Source: a virus
Length of the DNA: 64,000 nt
Reading direction: 5' to 3' (one strand)
Virus record (IMG/VR): IMGVR_UViG_3300008255_000099
Span: 1 to 64,000 of that record
Positions 57,716 through 64,000 of the stretch are shown piece after piece. Under the pieces are notes generated by a model. The model worked only from the letters and a program-made list of their open reading frames with translations. It did not search any database and had not been told where the DNA came from. Both the position numbers and the translations under genes were made by a program. Numbering within the stretch: position 1 is the first letter of the stretch; each line of letters opens with the position of its first letter.

Positions 57716-58228
57716 ATGAAAGAAGAGATGGAAAAATTTAATCAAAAGATTAAAGATCTTAATTTTTATTATCAGAATTATTTAATTGCGACAAAAGCTT
57801 GGGATTCTGTTAGAAAAAGAACAGAAAATTATATTTGGGATAAAATAAAAGAATTATGGTTAGAAAGATTCCCCGGAACAAGACTGGTTAGCATAGGTGG
57901 GTATCACGACAGGGATGAGAACATCTCTTTTAGAGTCGGTTCTTTAGACGGTGGGTGTCACACTGATAATTGGGAACCATCTTTAATTTCTATGTTCGAA
58001 GGTGTTGAAAAAGATGGAATTAGTTTTTTCCCTTCTGTTGAAGGGGAATGGATTTCTGATTATACAGAAACTGAAATTAAAAAAATACCAGGGACAGAAA
58101 TAACCGCATTGGATTTCATAAACTTCCTAAAAGAAATCAAAGAAAATCTTTTTGTATACTTTGATTTTGAAGAATCTTTTCTTAACTATAGAAAAATCAA
58201 TTCAATTTATGAAGACGAAGAGAAATAA
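57716..58228 (+). CDS. Hypothetical protein (likely start MKEEME)
   Basis: AAGGA RBS. Confidence 0.65.
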   Translation: MKEEMEKFNQKIKDLNFYYQNYLIATKAWDSVRKRTENYIWDKIKELWLERFPGTRLVSIGGYHDRDENISFRVGSLDGGCHTDNWEPSLISMFEGVEKDGISFFPSVEGEWISDYTETEIKKIPGTEITALDFINFLKEIKENLFVYFDFEESFLNYRKINSIYEDEEK

Positions 58229-58230
58229 AA

Positions 58231-58422
58231 ATGGCAATCAGAGAACCTTATCCTAGACAAAACTATTTTTATGATCAATTTGTTCCATTACTTAAATTTA
58301 ATGAGCAAAGTTTTCAAACACAGCCAGCAATGGGGAAAACTATTTTGTCAAATAACTCACCTATTGATAATAAAAAATTAGAAGTTTTTATTTTTAAGAA
58401 GATTTTAGAAAGTTTAGATTGA
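58231..58422 (+). CDS. Small hypothetical protein
   Basis: Packed ORF. Confidence 0.5.
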   Translation: MAIREPYPRQNYFYDQFVPLLKFNEQSFQTQPAMGKTILSNNSPIDNKKLEVFIFKKILESLD

Positions 58423-58423
58423 T

Positions 58424-58828
58424 TCAATCGTCTATTTTTAAAAGATATCCACGATCTATTAAATCAAGAACCAGTTTCCCTGCTTTTGCACCGATTTTTC
58501 TCATTCTAAAAACTTCTTTTAATTCATCAAAAGATAAATATCCTTCTTCTTGAATCAACTCAAAAGCTCTATCGTTTTCTCCCATTAGGTATAATCTATC
58601 AATCATGTTAATCAATTGTGCAACTTCGTTTACCCACTCTAATGATGCCCAATCTTTTATTAATTGGAGTGGTGCTTCTAAAACAAGTTCTTTAGCAAGA
58701 TCGTCTGCCTCTTGCTCGTGATCCTCTCCATATCCTCGCAAAAGCAGGGATTTTACTTCTTGAACCATTTCCTCAAGAGTGGGATGATCAAATTTATTTA
58801 ATGAAATTGTTGCAAGTTTAAACCACAT
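58424..58828 (-). CDS. MWFKLA-leader protein
   Basis: Same first six residues as 58832..59626. Confidence 0.75.
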   Translation of the reverse strand: MWFKLATISLNKFDHPTLEEMVQEVKSLLLRGYGEDHEQEADDLAKELVLEAPLQLIKDWASLEWVNEVAQLINMIDRLYLMGENDRAFELIQEEGYLSFDELKEVFRMRKIGAKAGKLVLDLIDRGYLLKIDD

Positions 58829-58831
58829 TTT

Positions 58832-59626
58832 TTAATTCCTTGGAAAGAATTTTTTACGAATTAATGAATTTTGATAATTAAAATCATCAATCATATCAAT
58901 CACAGCCCTATGCTCTTCTGAAATATTTTCTTGTTTTTTTATTCTTATTTTAAAAAATCTTTGACCAATTTCTTCAGCTTGTTCAACCATTCTTTCACCT
59001 ATTTTTCTTGCCCCTCTTTCTCGAAGTAGTTTTCCTATTTCTATTGTTGATTTCAAATGACTTTGAAAAACTTCTCTAACAAATCTTTGATGTTTAGAAA
59101 AAATTCCAGGGATTGATTCTGAAACCATTTCCCATGATTTTAATTCATCTTCTAAAACTTCTAAAAAAAGATTTGCAAAATTAGAAACTCCAAACTCTGA
59201 AACTATTTCTTTTATTTTATCAAAATCTTTTACTAAAAACGCAAATCTAAAATTATTATAAACATCAAGCCTTAATTCTTTTTGTTCGATACTATGAAAA
59301 AATTCATGCATTAATGCTAATAAATATTTTTCATAATCTTCATCAGAAAGGCCGGTTGTTGTGTTCGGATATGGGGATTGAATTCTATCTAATTTTTGAT
59401 TGTAACCAATCATCCCAAAATCATCAGAATCTGGATAAAAACCAGAAAGTGTATCTGTTTTTATTTCAATCGGCTCATAATCATCGACAAAAAGATGCCC
59501 ACTAACAGAAGTGCCAATCACATCTTCTCTGGGGTTAGATCCCCAGGTCGGTGATTGCTCAAAATATGGATTGAATTTTAAATTCAAAGCTTCTTTTAAT
59601 TCTTTTATTGCAAGTTTAAACCACAT
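58832..59626 (-). CDS. MWFKLA-leader protein with HExxH motif (possible zinc metallopeptidase)
   Basis: LMHEFFHSIE; upstream AGGA-N18-GAAAA. Confidence 0.6.
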   Translation of the reverse strand: MWFKLAIKELKEALNLKFNPYFEQSPTWGSNPREDVIGTSVSGHLFVDDYEPIEIKTDTLSGFYPDSDDFGMIGYNQKLDRIQSPYPNTTTGLSDEDYEKYLLALMHEFFHSIEQKELRLDVYNNFRFAFLVKDFDKIKEIVSEFGVSNFANLFLEVLEDELKSWEMVSESIPGIFSKHQRFVREVFQSHLKSTIEIGKLLRERGARKIGERMVEQAEEIGQRFFKIRIKKQENISEEHRAVIDMIDDFNYQNSLIRKKFFPRN

Positions 59627-59744
59627 GATATTTTTTTCTATTTTTAATTAACAAAATCCTATAACTCTTCTAATTCTTCTAACTTTCCCTCCTAGTCTTT
59701 TCTCGGATGGGAGTATAATCTCTTCAACAAAGAGGTTAGGCACA

Positions 59745-59969
59745 ATGGAAGAAAAAGATTTATTTAGAAGCTATGAACATTTTTTACAAGAAATGCTTGG
59801 AGAAATAGTTAAACATCTTGATTATGATCTTTATAAAGAAATGTTTATCTATGATCATCAACTAAACATGCCTGAAATTCAATTTCTTAGCGAAATAATT
59901 CATATGTATCTAGATACAGATGAGTTTAAACTTCATTTTCAAATTAGAGAAAGAGAAAAAAATGAATAA
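59745..59969 (+). CDS. Hypothetical protein
   Basis: GAGGT RBS; TATAAT at 59714-19. Confidence 0.65.
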   Translation: MEEKDLFRSYEHFLQEMLGEIVKHLDYDLYKEMFIYDHQLNMPEIQFLSEIIHMYLDTDEFKLHFQIREREKNE

Positions 59970-60534
59970 TCAAATAGAAGAAATATATGATGAAATAGTT
60001 GGTTGGCAAATAGAAAATGTAGGAAACTGTGAACAAGGATTTTTTCTTAATATCTCTAATGGAATTGATAAAAAAAGAGTTAATTTTTTTGCATCAGACC
60101 TCGGTGTGGCAATCAACACAGTTATGGATCTAAAAACAAATAAAATAATTTTTAAACATTTTAGTGATCTTTATTTTAGATTTTTAGACGAAATAGATAA
60201 TGAAATATCTTTTTTAAAAAACAATCAATTTGTTGGAATCGAAGTGAACAACATAAACTATTTATTCCCATTAAAAGATATAAATATAAATAAAAAGTTT
60301 ATTTTAGGTGATTTACAGAGACATGAAATATTTTTTAAATATTGTGATGAAAATCTTTTCCAAGAACTTGTTAGTCTTATAAGATCTAATTTTGAAATAA
60401 AATTAGATCTTCGACAATTTATGCAATCCTATATGTCAATAGAAGATCAAATTAAGTTCATAAAGGAAAAGTTCGGCGAAGAAGCCCTCGCCGAACTTGA
60501 CACAACTCTTTTAAAAGAATTTAAAGAAGATTAA
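59962..60534 (+). CDS. Hypothetical protein (likely start MNNQIE)
   Basis: Overlaps the previous stop. Confidence 0.65.
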   Translation: MNNQIEEIYDEIVGWQIENVGNCEQGFFLNISNGIDKKRVNFFASDLGVAINTVMDLKTNKIIFKHFSDLYFRFLDEIDNEISFLKNNQFVGIEVNNINYLFPLKDININKKFILGDLQRHEIFFKYCDENLFQELVSLIRSNFEIKLDLRQFMQSYMSIEDQIKFIKEKFGEEALAELDTTLLKEFKED

Positions 60535-60542
60535 TCTAGTTT

Positions 60543-60782
60543 TTATCGGAAATCTTTGGACCTGTTTTTAGCTTTTCTTATTCCTGTTAAATCTTCTAGT
60601 TTGATTCCACATCTGTTCTCTTTTGCTAAATTAACTATCTTTCTCTATTTACTGATACTATTATATAAGAAGATGAAGAATATCTACAATAAATCTCTAT
60701 TAATTTTATGTTAACGAAATAACTGAACGGCTATTCATCCCTCTGCTAAAGCAGGAGGGCTTTCTAGCCGTGTTCTTAGTAA
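60543..60782 (-). mobile_element. Truncated IS200/IS605 element: left end plus TnpB fragment
   Basis: TTAC|TAAGAACACGGCTAGAAAGCCC...GGGATGAATAGCC; 60543-60644 encodes RKIVNLAKENRCGIKLEDLTGIRKAKNRSKDFR*, resembling the TnpB RuvC-II region. Confidence 0.7.
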
Positions 60783-60790
60783 ATAAAGTT

Positions 60791-63364
60791 TCAAAATTTA
60801 TTAGAAGTTTTAGTGATTTTTATTAATTTTTGCAAAATTTTATCAGCTTTTTTATGTTCGCCTTCTTTTTCAAATTTGACAAGGAGTTTTGCTTTATCTA
60901 TAAGGTTTCTTGTCTCAAATTTGGCATCTTCTTCATAAGGATGTTTTGAATAATATTCTGGTTCAACCATTTCTTCTTCTGGAACTTCTATTGGTTCAAC
61001 GTCCTCTCTATTTCTCCAAACACTTCCTTCAACAGCTTTAAGAAGAAGTGGATGCCAAAACTTATCTATCTCAAGTGCATACTTATGAGCATAGTAAGGA
61101 GAAAGAGAAACTCCCCATCTTGTCACAGGGTGGGGGCCTTTATCTATTTCTTTTGCATATATCAAAGCATAAAGTGAATGAAGCGAAGCAATATATCTAG
61201 TATCATCACTTGGACCTTCTATCTGTGCAATTGCAAGACTTAATCGAGGTGATTTTTCTGATTGTTGTCTTACTATCTCGAAATCGTCTTCATTAAAAAT
61301 CTTTGGGGCTTGAAAAAATAAAGCCTCTATGACAGAACCACTTGAAAATGCAATTTTTTTAAGAAGGGGAATATTTTCAGCATTAGGTACTTTCCAAAGA
61401 TAGATCCCTGCTATTTCTGCATATTTATCTTTATTTTCTTCTGGATTATCAATAATCGCTTGCATTGTTACAGGATGTGGACCCTCATCGACTTCAATTG
61501 CATATTTAATTGCTGCGTTGACATTTTTTGATGCAGCAAATCTTGTCTCGTCACTTGGTCCCTCATCAATCATATCTGCCCACTCAACCGCCCTCATTGG
61601 ATCAGTCAATGCGGCTTGCTTAATTATTTCATTTTCACCATTAAAAAAAGCGAATTCAACAGACAAAGTTGGATCTGAAAGAACAAATGGTTGGAATCGA
61701 TCTAATGGCATCTGGACTAGATTGCTTTTTTCATCTTTCACTTCTCCCTCTTCAAGTTTCTCTTGGTAACCACCCCAGCGAATCCCTTCAATAAATAAAA
61801 TATAAGGAAAGATTAAATCTAGATTTCCAGATTCTAGAATTTTATTTTTAATAAAGTCACTTTTTTCAACTTCTATTAGATAAGGAATTAAAAGATCCTC
61901 ATCTTGTGCAATAACTTGTTCTAAATCAAGGTTATCGTATGGTCTTCTAAATCTTGAAAGAACAAAAGCAGCAATAGGATCTTCTAGACATAAAGATCTA
62001 ACATATAAATATATCTCTTCTCTTTTATTGTCTGGGAAAGACCAATATTGAGCAATAAAAATATCTAAAACTAATTCCAATGGAAGTTTTTGTAAATTTT
62101 CAACTGTTGCTTCTGTCTCCGAATCTAACATTGATATATACAATGAATGTTCACTTGAAATATTTCTTTCTTCTATATCTAAAATCTCTATTAATTTATC
62201 ATAAGCTTCTCTGTCATATAAAAAATCATTTATTTTATTTCTATAAGCTGGAATTGGATATGAATTTTGTTTACCTTGAATCTGTTTTACTTTATAAAAT
62301 CCTTCTTCATCATAATCATCTTCATCATATTCTTCTGCCATTCTTTCATCGTTCTCATGCACACTCGATTCCGTTGCGACATCAAAATCATCATCACCAG
62401 TTCTTTGTTTTTGATTTGATATAAAAATTTTATAAAGTGGGAACAAAGTATGGATATTTTCTGGAGTTAAATTAATAGAGTTATAGTCTCCAAAAATATC
62501 TTTTGTTGTTTGATAATGACTATCACCTTCGGGCTTTCTTTTAATTTCTTTAAAAAAAGAATTAATAAGTTCAGCCCCATTGTTTGTAATTGATTCCGCT
62601 TTTTCTTTTTCTTTTTTAAAATCAATTGGATTATCTCTTTTCCTTGGGAATTCAAGTTCTATTGTTGCATGAGGGTTGTTATTTTCATCTCTTAAAGAAA
62701 CAATTATAATTTTTTTGTTTTCATATTCTTTAAAATACCTGCCACGACCAACACAATGCCCCATTTTGTTGCCTTCACAATCAAAATCATTTTGTTCTTT
62801 AACTAAACGAATACTCCATCCATCCCATTCTTCTGGAGCATAAAGAATAGGAGAAGGATCCCTCATTTGATAATCGGAGCCGTCATTTATCTCAAAAGAA
62901 TCATGCCATTTTTGCTGTGATTCAACAGCAGATTCCCAGGAATAACTTGCAATGTTAAATCTTGGATTCTCTTGCTTTTTGTAAAACATCCAATCAAAAA
63001 TATTATTTAACTCTTCTGAAAGTTCAAAAAGATTTTCTGGAATTCCATTCTTAAAAAATTGCTTTGTTCTTGATATAATCCATTTTTTAAAATCATCACC
63101 ATATCTTGTTCGAAATAGTTGTTTTTGCCCAGGAAATATTTTTTGGCGACTGGCTAACTCGTCATAAATATCTGAAATTTCATTTATTGAAATTTGGGGA
63201 TTTCTAAAGGCTGCATTTGCAAGAAATTTTTGTTCCTCATCTTCTTCGATAGACATTATGAAATGGGCAACTTCATCTGAAACACCCCTGTGAAGCAAAG
63301 CCTCAAGTCTTCCAGCTAGGATTATTCTTCTAAAATTTTCATTATTTAATTTGAATTTATGCAT
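60791..63364 (-). CDS. PcfJ-like domain protein with helical repeats and C-terminal tag (857 aa)
   Basis: QKWHD...EGNKMGHCVG...SLRDENNNPHATIE; repeats of AxxYAxxIDxGPxxxTR type; KLLVKFEKEGEHKKADKILQKL. Confidence 0.7.
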   Translation of the reverse strand: MHKFKLNNENFRRIILAGRLEALLHRGVSDEVAHFIMSIEEDEEQKFLANAAFRNPQISINEISDIYDELASRQKIFPGQKQLFRTRYGDDFKKWIISRTKQFFKNGIPENLFELSEELNNIFDWMFYKKQENPRFNIASYSWESAVESQQKWHDSFEINDGSDYQMRDPSPILYAPEEWDGWSIRLVKEQNDFDCEGNKMGHCVGRGRYFKEYENKKIIIVSLRDENNNPHATIELEFPRKRDNPIDFKKEKEKAESITNNGAELINSFFKEIKRKPEGDSHYQTTKDIFGDYNSINLTPENIHTLFPLYKIFISNQKQRTGDDDFDVATESSVHENDERMAEEYDEDDYDEEGFYKVKQIQGKQNSYPIPAYRNKINDFLYDREAYDKLIEILDIEERNISSEHSLYISMLDSETEATVENLQKLPLELVLDIFIAQYWSFPDNKREEIYLYVRSLCLEDPIAAFVLSRFRRPYDNLDLEQVIAQDEDLLIPYLIEVEKSDFIKNKILESGNLDLIFPYILFIEGIRWGGYQEKLEEGEVKDEKSNLVQMPLDRFQPFVLSDPTLSVEFAFFNGENEIIKQAALTDPMRAVEWADMIDEGPSDETRFAASKNVNAAIKYAIEVDEGPHPVTMQAIIDNPEENKDKYAEIAGIYLWKVPNAENIPLLKKIAFSSGSVIEALFFQAPKIFNEDDFEIVRQQSEKSPRLSLAIAQIEGPSDDTRYIASLHSLYALIYAKEIDKGPHPVTRWGVSLSPYYAHKYALEIDKFWHPLLLKAVEGSVWRNREDVEPIEVPEEEMVEPEYYSKHPYEEDAKFETRNLIDKAKLLVKFEKEGEHKKADKILQKLIKITKTSNKF

Positions 63365-63550
63365 AAAATAGCTCCTTGCATCCTAAATTCTCGTAAAAAA
63401 TCCAATTATCTTCTTTATGAAATAAAAATTATTAACTAACTCAAATCATAAATTTTCCATCTTTCTCTTTATGGAGGTGCCGTCGCAGAAGTATAATGCG
63501 ACTAACAGTTAAGCACCCCAGGCAAGGGGGACAAAAGAGAGGGACTCCAA

Positions 63551-64000
63551 ATGAAGAGAAAAGATTTATTTTGTAGCAAAATTTTTAAAACTAAAACAAA
63601 AATGGGCAAAGAAATTTTAGAAGAATTCAAAGAATTATTAGACCCAGTTATTGAAAGTTTGATGCAGGTAACACCAGACGATCAAATAGCAGCTAATTTA
63701 ATAGAAATTTTAGAAGAAATAACATTAAAGGATCAATCTTTAACAATATTAAAAATTGTAAAGAAATATATGGCTAAACACGCAGATAATTTGAAAGAAG
63801 GCGATCTTTTTTGTAATACAAAAGATCCAGATGATATATCTAATACATATTTATATAACACTTCCTATAGACTTCTTCATGCACTTGAAGAACAGGGAAT
63901 TATTGTTCTTTTGAATGATAATTTTCAAACAGAAGAAGAATTTAATGCAATCCCTGTCACAAAATTGTCAAGCCGAGACGCCAGGAATGGTATTAGAATT
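63551..64000 (+). CDS. Hypothetical protein, truncated by the window end
   Basis: Open frame from ATG 63551 (or 63602) to 64000. Confidence 0.6.
   Translation, partial: MKRKDLFCSKIFKTKTKMGKEILEEFKELLDPVIESLMQVTPDDQIAANLIEILEEITLKDQSLTILKIVKKYMAKHADNLKEGDLFCNTKDPDDISNTYLYNTSYRLLHALEEQGIIVLLNDNFQTEEEFNAIPVTKLSSRDARNGIRI

Noticed and set aside
2984-62655. Short antisense and alternate-frame ORFs in the track (e.g. 2984, 6205, 6336, 8996, 10473, 13912, 14614, 15239, 15786, 22984, 28985, 29345, 32013, 34084, 34596-35220, 35117, 38185, 39476, 49028, 53910, 61518, 62080)
   Set aside because: They overlap well-supported genes, lack RBSs and have shadow-frame composition.
63476-63527. Hairpin around TATAAT (GTCGCA...TGCGAC within GGTGC...GCACC) as an N4-type hairpin promoter
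   Set aside because: Single occurrence with short stems; cannot be distinguished from an ordinary promoter with an operator.
1-64000. Genome-wide TAG-to-Gln recoding (code 15)
   Set aside because: ORFs up to 1705 aa are open in code 11, and many genes end in TAG followed by non-coding sequence or an RBS.

Overview
A 64-kb, strongly AT-rich, gene-dense segment of a large (jumbo-type) tailed bacteriophage genome, read mostly in the standard bacterial code. No rRNA genes or CRISPR array were seen. 1-13.4 kb is a minus-strand virion operon (tube-like protein, large proteins with choice-of-anchor-R-like, DUF2341-like and FN3-like segments, tail-completion and Mu gp36-like adaptor proteins). 13.4-27 kb holds many proteins sharing a short helical tag, a volactin-type actin, a stand-alone response regulator, a methyltransferase/glycosyltransferase pair, a Cys-less IscU-like protein and an RlpA-type lytic transglycosylase. 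27-64 kb is accessory and metabolic: a split nucleotidyltransferase, DNA methyltransferase, radical SAM, RNA ligase, two deaminases, intein-containing thymidylate synthase, metallophosphoesterase, TilS and a PcfJ-domain protein. The strongest candidate for a new system is an amber (UAG) read-through module at 39.9-42 kb. It has a tRNA with a CUA anticodon, a peptidyl-tRNA-hydrolase-like gene with an in-frame UAG at codon 8, and a leader ORF with UAG at codon 8 whose downstream sequence can pair with the next gene's ribosome-binding site. Other genes have in-frame stops too (UAG at 22662 and 34189, UAA at 18156 and 43017). Also notable: a 50-nt IS200/IS605-derived mini-element precisely inserted into two genes, a recurrent AGG(A/T)-N17/18-GAA(A/T) promoter-like motif marking virion-type genes, and a 6S-like rod RNA candidate. 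All family assignments come from motif recognition by eye, not database searches. At least two apparent frameshifts mean that sequencing error or gene decay is a live alternative for the in-frame stops.
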